DNA of 64,000 nt from an uncultured Rikenellaceae bacterium. Its GTDB lineage: Bacteria; Bacteroidota; Bacteroidia; Bacteroidales; VadinHA17. This document shows positions 9,623 through 19,661 of the stretch, one piece after another. The position numbers and the translations under genes were made by a program. Position 1 is the first letter of the stretch. Every line of letters begins with the position of its first letter. The notes below the pieces were generated by a model, which searched no databases, was not told the DNA's origin, and saw only the letters and a list, made by a program, of their open reading frames with translations. The DNA lies in assembly GCA_964613785.1 (NCBI GenBank), contig CAZTJT010000010.1:33567-97566 (forward strand), read 5' to 3'.

Positions 9623-10548
9623 ATTACTGAGAATAGGTTGTTCATATCAAGGGCTTTCACATCTTCTACGAAACTTTTATAAAGCTCCTCCGGCATATTC
9701 TTCACCGGGGATCTGAATTTACCACAGTCAAGACCGATGTACCTCATAAAAAACTTTCCAGTGGAAATACCACCGTATTTCCCGAGCAGAGAGATCATAT
9801 CGATTGCCTTCTGCTGCAATCTCCTTGCTTCCAGAAGGTCACCTTCTGTAAATGATTTAATAATAGCATGGTATAAAGGCGCAGCATAATTGTATGTACT
9901 TCCCACTGCTCCCCTGCAGCCCAGGACAAGAGCCGACAGCATGCATTCGTCTCTTCCCCAGAGAAGGTCGTAATACCCGTTGCAGAAGTTCATGCATGAC
10001 AGGAAATCCATGAAATCTTCATGCGTAAACTTTATTCCGGCAAAGTTTGGAAGCATTCCTGAAATTTTTTCCAGGAAACTTATCATACTCATGCTGACGC
10101 CTGTGAGCACCGGGATATGGTAAAAATAAACAGGCATTACCGGTACACTCTCTCCAACCCTGGTCACAAATTCGGCAAGTTGTTCATGATCTGAGGGCTT
10201 GAAATAGTAGGGAGCAAGTACAGCTATTGCAGATATCCCTTCTTCTTGTGAGAATAATGCATTCTCGATACATTCAGCATAGGATGTCCCTCCAACCAGA
10301 TTTATGATCTTTAATTTGCCCCCTGTTTTCCGGCACTCAGCCCATTTCTTTGCAATTAGCTGTTTTTCTTTCTGAGTCAATGATACTCCTTCTCCGGTTG
10401 AACCATTTATGAAAGCGGCAGAAATATTGTTCCTTTCAAGAAACTGGTAATATTCAGGCACTTTTTCAATATCAAGGTTGCCCTTTTCATCCATTGGGGC
10501 AAAGGGAGCTGCTATCAGCCCTTCAAATTTGTCAATTTTCATTTCCAT
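9619..10548 (-). CDS. nanA: N-acetylneuraminate lyase-like (DHDPS/NAL family aldolase)
   Basis: 309 aa. INGSTGEGVSLT motif and a Schiff-base Lys region (FAGIKFTH) of the DHDPS/NAL family. The assignment to sialate lyase rests on its position directly downstream of a sialidase. Confidence 0.75.
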   Translation of the reverse strand: MEMKIDKFEGLIAAPFAPMDEKGNLDIEKVPEYYQFLERNNISAAFINGSTGEGVSLTQKEKQLIAKKWAECRKTGGKLKIINLVGGTSYAECIENALFSQEEGISAIAVLAPYYFKPSDHEQLAEFVTRVGESVPVMPVYFYHIPVLTGVSMSMISFLEKISGMLPNFAGIKFTHEDFMDFLSCMNFCNGYYDLLWGRDECMLSALVLGCRGAVGSTYNYAAPLYHAIIKSFTEGDLLEARRLQQKAIDMISLLGKYGGISTGKFFMRYIGLDCGKFRSPVKNMPEELYKSFVEDVKALDMNNLFSVI

Positions 10549-10602
10549 GCAGAAGTATTGATATTATCTCTTTGTAATTACAACAGATCCCTGTTCATTC
10601 AA

Positions 10603-12288
10603 TCAGTATCCGAAAAAATCCCTGACTGGCAGCTTCTGAAAGTAAAGGTCTTTCACACCCTCATAGACTATACCTATAATACTGTCATTTATCATGGTAA
10701 GACATGAATAACCATAACCAGGGGCACTGTTTAATAATATTTTAAACTCTTCAGGCCAGCTATTCCCGTTGTCAAGACTTGCTTTGATTGTCATATTTTT
10801 TCTCTCTGAGGTGTGATCAGGATTTGAGAAAAACAAAACTCTTTTTTTTGTTCCTTTGAGGAATACATCGTGAGAGATAATACTGGCCATGCAGTTTGGT
10901 TCAGGGAGGAGGGAATTTGAAGACGGGTGTGTGGACCACTTCTTTCCCAAATCGGCTGTAACACTTACAGCCCTTCCATTTGCCGGTCCTTTTTCAGTTC
11001 GGTTCCGGTCATCCCGCATGTTGAGCATAAGTGAACCATCCGGAAGTTCTACAACCTGTGCTTCGGTGGTATTGCTTTTTGCCCCATTGCCAATTTCCCA
11101 TTTGTTACCGCCATCTTTACTGTAAACAATGGTGGAAAACGATGTGTAAAAGCCTCCATCAAGAGCCTTTTCTCCTGTGTTGGCTTTATACTGGGCAGGA
11201 AAAACAAGTGTTCCGTCCTTCATGACAATACCTCTGCCGGGGCCCTGAAGCAACAACTGCCATTCAGGCCTTTTGACCTGGCTTGTGATATTGACAGGAT
11301 CTGACCATGTGACACCGTCATCGGTGCTTTTAACCAAAATGAACTGACCGGTTTCACCCGGTATCATACCTGGTTTTGAATCCCACCATGCCATTCTATC
11401 AGGAGATCCGCCATTCATCCAAAGGGCCGCAACCCATATAGTTCCGTTAATATTGTCGTACAGGATACATGGATCCCCAACCCCATTCATGTTCTGAGGA
11501 TATCCACCGTATTCACCCATGTCAATAATGACTCGCATTGGTTCCCATTTTTGTCCGCCATCGTTGCTCCTGCTCATTCCTATATCTATGTCTTCCTGAA
11601 GATCTTTGCTTCCATTGTACCGTACATCATAGACTGCAACAAGCGTTCCTTTATTTGTGGTAACTATTCCGGGAATACGGTATGTATCGCAGTTATCCTG
11701 GCCTGAAGCCCTGAGAACAAGGGCATAACGATAACGGGGGGAAGCTTTATCACTGACAGTAATTATTTCATTACCATCGAGTATAATATCTGTTTTCTCA
11801 ATCTCCAGTACATTTAAAAGGTTCACATTTTCTCTGATGTTTGCAACAAGGATCAACCAGTTTTTTCCCTTCTGAAGATTGTATTTGCCTTTTATTATCA
11901 TTTGCTGGTGCCATACCGTGGAGTTGGCCAGAGAATCAATAATTGTACGTCCAATGGAGTCAGTTCCGCACCTGAGCCTCATGAAATCGATATCACTTAA
12001 ATGGCTGTTCCCGGAAAAACTCAGGATCAGCTTTCTTACCGACCTGTTCTTTCCTGATTTATTGAAATCAATACAGATCCGTGCAATGATATTGCCTTTT
12101 GCAGTGCTGACAAGAGGTTTATTTACTGACTCAAATGAGATAATCCTGACATCAGTCATCGATGAATCATGTGATGAATGCACATCAGAACATCCGGAAA
12201 AAAGGTACAATACCAGAATTGGAATTAGAAATTGTAAGGAAAGTATTGTCTTCACCCATAAATATTTATTCACACCGTTGGCTGCCAT
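10603..12288 (-). CDS. nanH: Exo-alpha-sialidase (GH33) lipoprotein with N-terminal accessory domain
   Basis: YRIPG (RIP motif) and Asp-boxes SNDGGQKWE, STDDGVTWS, SKDGGNKWE and SLDNGNSWP. Lipobox LYLFSGC. An alternative GTG start at 12255 (MKTILSL...) would remove the 19-nt overlap with the upstream gene. Confidence 0.9.
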   Translation of the reverse strand: MAANGVNKYLWVKTILSLQFLIPILVLYLFSGCSDVHSSHDSSMTDVRIISFESVNKPLVSTAKGNIIARICIDFNKSGKNRSVRKLILSFSGNSHLSDIDFMRLRCGTDSIGRTIIDSLANSTVWHQQMIIKGKYNLQKGKNWLILVANIRENVNLLNVLEIEKTDIILDGNEIITVSDKASPRYRYALVLRASGQDNCDTYRIPGIVTTNKGTLVAVYDVRYNGSKDLQEDIDIGMSRSNDGGQKWEPMRVIIDMGEYGGYPQNMNGVGDPCILYDNINGTIWVAALWMNGGSPDRMAWWDSKPGMIPGETGQFILVKSTDDGVTWSDPVNITSQVKRPEWQLLLQGPGRGIVMKDGTLVFPAQYKANTGEKALDGGFYTSFSTIVYSKDGGNKWEIGNGAKSNTTEAQVVELPDGSLMLNMRDDRNRTEKGPANGRAVSVTADLGKKWSTHPSSNSLLPEPNCMASIISHDVFLKGTKKRVLFFSNPDHTSERKNMTIKASLDNGNSWPEEFKILLNSAPGYGYSCLTMINDSIIGIVYEGVKDLYFQKLPVRDFFGY

Positions 12289-13607
12289 CCGTTTTCATAT
12301 TCTCTGTACCATAAAGACTCAGCTTCCTTATCACCTATAATATGTCCGTTTAAAGGATCTATCGACAGAGAACGTCCTTTTCTCTGCGAGATATTTCCAA
12401 GATGAAGCCAGAGAGCGCTTTTATGTCCATTTTGTGCATCTGCCAGAGGTTTACTGTTATTTCTGATATTTTCAAGGAAGTTTTTAACATGCAGGGCATC
12501 CAATGCTTCGCCCGGACTGGTTGTATTGAGGCTTTCAGAGATTATTACATCTGATTTTACTTCTCTCACCAGTTTATTCTTGTTGTCATAGATAATGTAA
12601 CTGTTATCTCCGGTATGGAAGGCGCCTTGCTCACCGTAAAATATGACACCATGTGAACGATTGTCAATCAATCCTCCGTTGCAGCTTCGACCTTCCCAGG
12701 TGATCATAATACCTGGTACTTCCCAGGTTATGATTTGGGTGTCTGGAACTTCCCAGTCGTCACGGTAATGATAACGGCCTCCGGATGAGCTTACTTTAGA
12801 AGGAAAATCAAGTCCCAGTCCCCATCGGATGATGTCAATGTGATGGGTTCCGTTATTTAGCGCTTCACCCGTCCCCCAATGCCAGAACCAGTGCCAGTTA
12901 TAATGGATAAGGTTATCCCTGAAGGGTTTCCTCGGAGCAGGTCCCTGCCACAATTCGTAATCAAGCCCCGGAGGAACGGGAACAGATTTTCCAACCCCAA
13001 TGGGGCCTCTGGTATTAGCATACCAGGCTTTTGCCATATACACTTTACCTATTACACCGTTCTTAAGCTCATTCATTCCCTGGGCGAGAACAGGCCATGA
13101 CCTCCTCTGTGTACCGATCTGTACTATTGTCCCGTATTTCTCTGCTGCTTTAATAACAAGCTCTCCCTCTTCAGGATTATGACTCAGTGGTTTTTCGACA
13201 TAGACATGCTTGCCTGCAGCACAACCCATAATTGTGGCAGGTGCATGCCAGTGATCAGGCATGGCTATGTAAATTGCATCAAGATCCTTGTCATGAAGTA
13301 TATTTCTGAAATCCTTTACTGCCTTGGGTTCTTTTCCGGTTACACCTGATGCTGCGGTAATTCCTTTTATCAACGCATTTTCCTCCACATCACAAATATA
13401 CTTTACCTCTGTGTGGGGCTGCCTGGCGAAAGTTCCTGCCATAGATGCACCACGGCTGTTGCATCCAATAATAGCTACGCTAATGCGATTGTTTGCTCCT
13501 GATATTCTTCTGTAATTTGCTGCTGAAAGGCCCGGAAAGCTGTTAAGAGCAAGAATGGCGCTTCCTGCAGCTGATCTTTTTACAAAAGATCTTCTTGATT
13601 CTGTCAT
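12270..13607 (-). CDS. Tat-exported Gfo/Idh/MocA family oxidoreductase
   Basis: Twin-arginine motif SRRSFVK at the N-terminus. Rossmann segment VAIIGCNSRGA and the family EKP motif (HVYVEKPLS). 445 aa. Confidence 0.85.
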   Translation of the reverse strand: MTESRRSFVKRSAAGSAILALNSFPGLSAANYRRISGANNRISVAIIGCNSRGASMAGTFARQPHTEVKYICDVEENALIKGITAASGVTGKEPKAVKDFRNILHDKDLDAIYIAMPDHWHAPATIMGCAAGKHVYVEKPLSHNPEEGELVIKAAEKYGTIVQIGTQRRSWPVLAQGMNELKNGVIGKVYMAKAWYANTRGPIGVGKSVPVPPGLDYELWQGPAPRKPFRDNLIHYNWHWFWHWGTGEALNNGTHHIDIIRWGLGLDFPSKVSSSGGRYHYRDDWEVPDTQIITWEVPGIMITWEGRSCNGGLIDNRSHGVIFYGEQGAFHTGDNSYIIYDNKNKLVREVKSDVIISESLNTTSPGEALDALHVKNFLENIRNNSKPLADAQNGHKSALWLHLGNISQRKGRSLSIDPLNGHIIGDKEAESLWYREYENGWQPTV

Positions 13608-13652
13608 AAATTGATATCTAGATCAGTTAAAAAACCTTAAGAAAGACGTACA

Positions 13653-14486
13653 TTATCGGCAGGCCATAACTCCTTTAAAATATCCTAACGACTCTGCAAT
13701 ACCGGCAAGAGGATCTTTCATATCCTTTTCATATTCAAGGCTGCACTTGCCCGAATAATTGATTTTCCGAAGAGCTGATATCACTGCCGGAATATCAATT
13801 ATTCCCCTTCCGATTTCCACTGTTTCCCCCTCTTTTGTGGATTTGGTTACATCCTTAATATGAACATCATAAATTCGTTTCCCATATTTTATTATATCTG
13901 CCGCGGGATCTGCACCATCCCTCTTTGTATGCCCTATATCAATGCATATTCCCATACGCATGTCAAGATTCTTTACATGATTCCAAATATCTGTCGGATT
14001 CGGGAACAATGGATTATCAGGTCCATGATTATGAATTGCCAGTTTGAAATCATATTCCTTAACCTTTTTTTCAACATAAGGAAGAAGCTCATAATCCGGA
14101 GCTCCTACAATCATTTTAACTCCTGCCATCTTTGCATATTCAAATGCCTGATCAACTGATTCTCGTGTTTTCATGTAAACAACACCAACGGTATAAACGG
14201 TTATCCCGGCGTTTCTGAACTTTTCGATGACAGAATCTATCTGTTGTTTTGTGCTGTTCATAGGCATATGAAAATCTTTCAGAGAAAGAAAGTTAACGCC
14301 TATTTTTTTCATCATCTCAATAGTCTGCTCAACACTGAACTCTCTGAAAGTATAACCGGCCATACCCAGGGTAAAAGAATCGGTATAAGATCCTAGTGCG
14401 ACCGTTGCAGTGCTGGAATATGATGCAGTTCCGGATGCTATTATTCCTGCAGCTGTCAACTTTAAAAAATGACGGCGTGATTCCAT
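13653..14486 (-). CDS. Tat-exported sugar phosphate isomerase/epimerase-like (xylose isomerase-like TIM barrel) protein
   Basis: Near-consensus twin-arginine motif SRRHFLK. The body (LAIHNHG...CIDIGH...SLEYE) fits the AP-endonuclease-2 / xylose-isomerase-like TIM barrel pattern. Confidence 0.8.
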   Translation of the reverse strand: MESRRHFLKLTAAGIIASGTASYSSTATVALGSYTDSFTLGMAGYTFREFSVEQTIEMMKKIGVNFLSLKDFHMPMNSTKQQIDSVIEKFRNAGITVYTVGVVYMKTRESVDQAFEYAKMAGVKMIVGAPDYELLPYVEKKVKEYDFKLAIHNHGPDNPLFPNPTDIWNHVKNLDMRMGICIDIGHTKRDGADPAADIIKYGKRIYDVHIKDVTKSTKEGETVEIGRGIIDIPAVISALRKINYSGKCSLEYEKDMKDPLAGIAESLGYFKGVMACR

Positions 14487-14769
14487 AGTTTTCTGTATTT
14501 AGTTTATTTTCCAGTAATGATCTGTAAATATTAGCATTCTCAAAATAATTATGTGAGATCTAAAAGATCAGGAGGAATACAGTTCTGTAAAATCAAGTAT
14601 AACTTGGAGGCAAACTGTCATTTTTCCTGCCTGTACTTTTTGATCAATTTATACAAATATACTTATACCTTCAATAAATCATTAATATTGCATGAAATAT
14701 AAATATTAACAGGCAGATCAGTTAACCCTGAAAACAGTAATTTGATATCTGGATGGTCAATTCCGGGCC

Positions 14770-16695
14770 TTAAGGGATCATATCATTATCAATCAGCCGA
14801 TTATTATAGCTCTGAATGATTGCTTTTAGTTTTGTTTCCATGCGGATACGAAGGCTGTCATTATTATCTTTAATGTTTTTTGATAGCATCCTGTCATTCC
14901 TGAAGTTATACAGACCAACTGTATAATTATCAATCATCTCAAGCATATGGTCATCCATATAGAGGTGATATGTACTGCCATTGGTATTAAAAGCAAATGA
15001 TTCTCGTGAATTATCAAAAAGGTTGTTGCCAAAAGCTATGTATTCCTCATTAAAATTAAGATAGTCAAGCACTGAGGGCATTATGTCGATTTGCTGGGCA
15101 ATTCTGTTTCTCATTCCATTCATACAACTCCCGTATTTAAAGAATATTATCGGAACGCTGTATGAACCAAAATCATTTTGAAATTCTCTGCGAACTGATT
15201 CATTGGTATGATCAGCTGTTATGACGAAAAGGGTATTTTTAAACCATGGTCGATTCCGGGCTTCATTAAAAAATCTCTTCAGTGCATAATCTGTGTAACC
15301 AATCACCTCCAGAATCGGAGCCGGGCCTGATGGGAATCTACCCTTGTATTTCTCAGGGACTTTGAAAGGATGATGAGAGGATACCGTGAAGACAGATGCA
15401 AGAAAGGGCTGCGGAAAATTATCGATTTGCCTGCAAAAAAAATCCAGAAAAGGCTCATCCCAGACTCCCCACATCCCGTCAAAATTGTTTTTGTAAGGAT
15501 ACTGGTCAAGCCCAAAATAGTCGTCAAATCCTGCCATTTTTGCGAATGAGTCAAATCCCATGGAACCATTCGGTGCACCGTGGAAGAAAGCAGTATAATA
15601 GCCTTTTCTTTTTAAAAGACCGGGCAGACCGTTAATGGTATTATTGGCATAGTGAGAGATCACATAAGGCGTTTCGAGTGATGGGATAGATGCAAATATC
15701 GAGGGCATGGCATCGATTGATTTCTTTCCGTTTGCCAGTGACACTTCAAATGTAAGGCTGTGATTTATCAGTGAGTCAAGAAAAGGAGAATATCCTTTAT
15801 AATTACCTCCGTCCAGATCTTTGTTCAACGCCCCTATATATTCTCTTGAAAAGCTTTCAAGAATGATTATGATCACATTTTCACGTTTGAATTCGTCTTT
15901 TTTCGCAGGTTTGTAATGAGGATCATAAAGCTCATTAAGCTTCTCATCATCAAAGAAATTGTAACGCACAAGTGTCTTTTTATTGAATGTCCTGATAAGA
16001 CTGAAGGGAGTATTGAGAACAATTGCAGCATCACGCGGATTATCAACATATCTTGCTGCATTGCTTATACTTATAGGTCTTGTGGAATGACGATAACCAC
16101 CGCGGGCTGCTATGATGAACAGTATAACGATCACAGGGACCATCAACAGATTGAAGAAAAATGCCAATATCCCGGTTTTCGGTCGCGGGCTCCTTACCTT
16201 AATACCGTTGTAAAGTATTATCATAAGGAAAATCAGTGCTAATGAAAACAGTACAACCGGCCAGTAGTCGAGCTGAAATCTCAGCAGAAGTTTAATCATA
16301 CCTGATTCATTCTCAAATGTCTTAAATACCTCAGCTGTAGCTCTTTTCATAATAAATCTGTAATAAACGAAATCTGCGCAGTTTATCGCTATTGCCAGAC
16401 CATTAACAAAAAAGAACAAGTATCCGGTAATCTTCTGGTAAACCTTGTTGTATCTGATCTCAAACGGTATAATCTGCGAGAGGATAAATAAGACATTAAT
16501 ATACACCAATGCCGAAATGTCGAACAACAGGCCGCCTTTTAGTATTGAAAGGAACTGGTCGCTTGCAATTCCTGGAAACATATTGCTGTTGAAAATATAA
16601 AATCCGACCCGGCACAATGTAAAAATCAGCATCATCAGCGCCAGTCTGTAAAAGAGAGCTATATAAATATCTAACGGTTTTGTCCAGTTTTTCAT
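14770..16695 (-). CDS. LTA synthase family / membrane-anchored sulfatase-fold phosphoglycerol transferase-like protein
   Basis: 641 aa. About five N-terminal TM helices, then an alkaline-phosphatase/sulfatase-fold domain (IIILESFSREY, VITADHTNES). Confidence 0.8.
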   Translation of the reverse strand: MKNWTKPLDIYIALFYRLALMMLIFTLCRVGFYIFNSNMFPGIASDQFLSILKGGLLFDISALVYINVLFILSQIIPFEIRYNKVYQKITGYLFFFVNGLAIAINCADFVYYRFIMKRATAEVFKTFENESGMIKLLLRFQLDYWPVVLFSLALIFLMIILYNGIKVRSPRPKTGILAFFFNLLMVPVIVILFIIAARGGYRHSTRPISISNAARYVDNPRDAAIVLNTPFSLIRTFNKKTLVRYNFFDDEKLNELYDPHYKPAKKDEFKRENVIIIILESFSREYIGALNKDLDGGNYKGYSPFLDSLINHSLTFEVSLANGKKSIDAMPSIFASIPSLETPYVISHYANNTINGLPGLLKRKGYYTAFFHGAPNGSMGFDSFAKMAGFDDYFGLDQYPYKNNFDGMWGVWDEPFLDFFCRQIDNFPQPFLASVFTVSSHHPFKVPEKYKGRFPSGPAPILEVIGYTDYALKRFFNEARNRPWFKNTLFVITADHTNESVRREFQNDFGSYSVPIIFFKYGSCMNGMRNRIAQQIDIMPSVLDYLNFNEEYIAFGNNLFDNSRESFAFNTNGSTYHLYMDDHMLEMIDNYTVGLYNFRNDRMLSKNIKDNNDSLRIRMETKLKAIIQSYNNRLIDNDMIP

Positions 16696-17005
16696 CCCTT
16701 TAATGTTAAGGCTAATAAGCTATTCAGAAAGGGCAGATTGATAAAACTGTCAAAGATAGAAATTACACCTCAGAAAAAGGAGGGTATTATAAAATTAAGG
16801 GATGACTGGATGAAGTACGAAAGCCATTCCAATAGTGTAAAAAATGCTGCCCCGAAAAACTTTCATGGAAATATATCCTGTGCTAAATCTGTTGTATTAA
16901 CGCACCTTTATGATAATGTATTCATCTGGTCATTAATAGACAACAACAAAGATTCTGAATATTTTTCGGGACAGTCGGATTATTTTTCGTGATTAAAATT
17001 ATTGA

Positions 17006-17653
17006 TTACTGCTGTTCTATATCTTTTAGCATTTCCTTTAAATCTTCACTATTCATGCATTTATTCATCTTGTTCCTGGTACTCATACCCAGAAGCATAA
17101 ACAATACGAGCAGGGCTGCCAGAATATACATTACGATTTTTGCAGTTTCAGGCTTTGCCTTGAGAGATTCAACCAGACCGTGGTATGTGATATACAGAGC
17201 ATATAGGCTTACACCCAGGCTTATTATCATTCCCAGCCAGGAGCTTATTCCGGATGTAAAACCAAGCAGTGCGTTTATGGGCATTATCACCATTGAAGCG
17301 GCAATAACTCTTCCGTTCGCTTCAAAATCAGTATTTCCTTTGCAAACTGATGAGATGATAAGAAGGATGACAGCACCAATAAAAAGTCCTATTACTGCTC
17401 CTACAATTGACCAGACCAGTGCCATTGCACCAATAGCTCCGCCAAACATTCCGGTTTTTAATCCGCTCAATCCCAAAACATTCCACAGAAAAACAATGAT
17501 ACCTGCAACGGCCCCGTAGATAACCACCTTGATCAACGGTTCAGCCCATCCTCCAGATGTTTTCATTGTAGAAAAATAGGCTTTGGGATTTACCAGGGTT
17601 TCTTTGGATTCCTTAATAAACGCATTGAAATCGAAAGTAGAGGTCTCGCTCAT
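17006..17653 (-). CDS. Yip1-domain integral membrane protein
   Basis: 215 aa. Soluble N-terminus (FNAFIKESKETLVNPKAYF) followed by five hydrophobic helices, as in Yip1/DUF1282-type proteins. Confidence 0.7.
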   Translation of the reverse strand: MSETSTFDFNAFIKESKETLVNPKAYFSTMKTSGGWAEPLIKVVIYGAVAGIIVFLWNVLGLSGLKTGMFGGAIGAMALVWSIVGAVIGLFIGAVILLIISSVCKGNTDFEANGRVIAASMVIMPINALLGFTSGISSWLGMIISLGVSLYALYITYHGLVESLKAKPETAKIVMYILAALLVLFMLLGMSTRNKMNKCMNSEDLKEMLKDIEQQ

Positions 17654-17768
17654 AACGATAAGAATTAAAGGTTTAAATAGTACGATCAGCTAAAATTGAA
17701 TATAAAATGTTAAGTTATAAAATTTTTTTAACCTGACACTAACTTTCAAATGGAATATATTAATTAAA

Positions 17769-19661
17769 TTATTCCAGATATGTATATCCGTACAAGCCTG
17801 ATCGATAATTTGAAAGAAATTCCCTCCCTTCCTCCAGGGTTATTATTCCTGCCTTAACTGAAGATGTAACCCAGGTCTCGACTGTTCGTACCATTTTCTT
17901 GGAATTATACTGAACATAATCAAGGACTTCTGCGATCGTCTCACCATCAATCACCTGGTCAATTTTATATCCGTCCTCGTCTACAGATACATGAACGGCA
18001 TTAGTATCACCAAAAAGATTGTGGAGGTCACCAAGAATCTCCTGATAAGCTCCCACAAGAAAGACTCCCATATAATAGGGTTCTTTTGTTTTAAGAAAGT
18101 GAACAGGAAGATGATAAGATGAATTTCTTGTAGAAATAAAATTATCAATTTTGCCGTCAGAGTCACATGTTATATCCTGTATCGTGGCTGTTCTGATGGG
18201 CTCTTCATTCAATCTGTGTATTGGCATGATCGGGAATATCTGGTCGATTGCCCAGGCATCGGGCAATGATTGAAAAAGTGAAAAATTGCAGAAGTATTTA
18301 TCTGAAAGGATTCTTGAAATCTGTCTGAGTTCTTCGGGAACATGCTTGGTGACATTTGCCAGCTGATAAACCCTTCGGGCTATTGACCAGAAAAGTCTTT
18401 CAATCTGTGCCCTTGTCTTCAGATCAATGAGTCCGAGACTGAATCTGTCGAGGGCCTCTTCCCTTATCTGCTGAGCATCATGCCATGTTTCAAGCATTCG
18501 CGGCTGATTAATGTTTTCCCATAGAACGAAAAGCTCTCTCACAAGTTCATGATCATTGTCATTAATGGTCTCTTCCTCATCCCAGGAGGGCAGTGTGGCA
18601 GTTTCAAGTACCTCAAATATCAGGACAGAATGATGAGCAGTGAGAGATCTTCCCGACTCAGTTATGACATTGGGATGCGGTATATTGTTTTTGTTTGAAG
18701 CATCCACAAAGGTGCTGACTGAGTCATTCACATACTCCTGTATTGTATAATTAACACTGCTTTCGCTGTTCGATGATCCGGTTCCGTCATAATCAACTCC
18801 AAGCCCCCCTCCTATATCAACAAATTCAACATTAAATCCCATCTTACGAAGCTGAACATAAAACTGCGAAGCTTCCCGTAAGGCTACTTTTATCCGCCTT
18901 ATCTTGGTCACCTGGCTCCCTATGTGAAAATGGATCAGTTTGAGGCAGTTCCTCATCTTATTCCGCTCAAGAAAATCTATAGCTTCAAGAAGTTCGCTTG
19001 AAGTCAGCCCAAACTTACTAATGTCTCCACCCGATTCTTCCCACTTACCGCTGCCTACACTGGCCAGCTTAATCCTTATGCCAAGATTTGGTTTTACTCT
19101 GAGCCTCTTTGCAATACTGGTAATAAGCTTTAGTTCATTCAGCTTCTCAATTACAAGAAATATCCTCTTACCCATCTTCTGAGCCAGCAGGGCAAGCTCG
19201 ATATAATCTTCATCTTTATAGCCATTACAGATTATAAGTGATTCAGGATCTGTATTGATGGCAATTACGGCATGTAGTTCTGGCTTTGATCCTGCCTCGA
19301 GGCCTATATTGAACTTTTTCCCATGACTTACTATTTCCTCAACAACCGGCCTCATCTGGTTTACCTTGATCGGATAGATAATAAAATTCTGAGCTTTATA
19401 ATCATACTCCTCCGAGGCTGCTTTAAAGCATTTTGTAATGGTGATGATCCTGTCATCCAGAATGTCGGGAAATCTTATCAGCACTGGAGTGGAAACATCA
19501 TTTAATATCAGTTCGTCAAGAAGCTCCCTGAGATCGACTGCTGCTCCATCCTTTTGAGGCCTGACTTCCACATTTCCTTTACTGTTTATTGAAAAATAAT
19601 TGACTCCCCAGCCATTAATATTGTACAGCTCAGCTGAATCTTCAATCCTCCATTTTCTCAT
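17769..19661 (-). CDS. speA: Biosynthetic arginine decarboxylase
   Basis: 630 aa. N-terminus MRKWRIEDSAELYNINGWG, PLP-lysine motif IYPIKVNQ and GGGLGVDYDG are typical of SpeA. Confidence 0.93.
   Translation of the reverse strand: MRKWRIEDSAELYNINGWGVNYFSINSKGNVEVRPQKDGAAVDLRELLDELILNDVSTPVLIRFPDILDDRIITITKCFKAASEEYDYKAQNFIIYPIKVNQMRPVVEEIVSHGKKFNIGLEAGSKPELHAVIAINTDPESLIICNGYKDEDYIELALLAQKMGKRIFLVIEKLNELKLITSIAKRLRVKPNLGIRIKLASVGSGKWEESGGDISKFGLTSSELLEAIDFLERNKMRNCLKLIHFHIGSQVTKIRRIKVALREASQFYVQLRKMGFNVEFVDIGGGLGVDYDGTGSSNSESSVNYTIQEYVNDSVSTFVDASNKNNIPHPNVITESGRSLTAHHSVLIFEVLETATLPSWDEEETINDNDHELVRELFVLWENINQPRMLETWHDAQQIREEALDRFSLGLIDLKTRAQIERLFWSIARRVYQLANVTKHVPEELRQISRILSDKYFCNFSLFQSLPDAWAIDQIFPIMPIHRLNEEPIRTATIQDITCDSDGKIDNFISTRNSSYHLPVHFLKTKEPYYMGVFLVGAYQEILGDLHNLFGDTNAVHVSVDEDGYKIDQVIDGETIAEVLDYVQYNSKKMVRTVETWVTSSVKAGIITLEEGREFLSNYRSGLYGYTYLE

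Noticed and set aside
12270-12288. 19-nt overlap between the oxidoreductase stop and the sialidase ATG as evidence for unusual coupling
   Set aside because: A GTG at 12255 yields a textbook lipoprotein signal (MKTILSLQFLIPILVLYLFSGC) and removes the overlap. The overlap is probably a start-codon artefact.
16738-16992. 84-aa ORF in the Yip1 / LtaS-like intergenic region
   Set aside because: It starts at a TTG, is on the opposite strand to both flanking genes and has no recognisable motif. The region is more simply the promoter region of the LtaS-like gene.
16989-17519. 176-aa plus-strand ORF overlapping the Yip1 gene
   Set aside because: The minus-strand frame gives a coherent Yip1-type membrane protein with a soluble N-terminus and five helices. 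The plus-strand product is a Pro/Ser/Ile-rich mirror of it.
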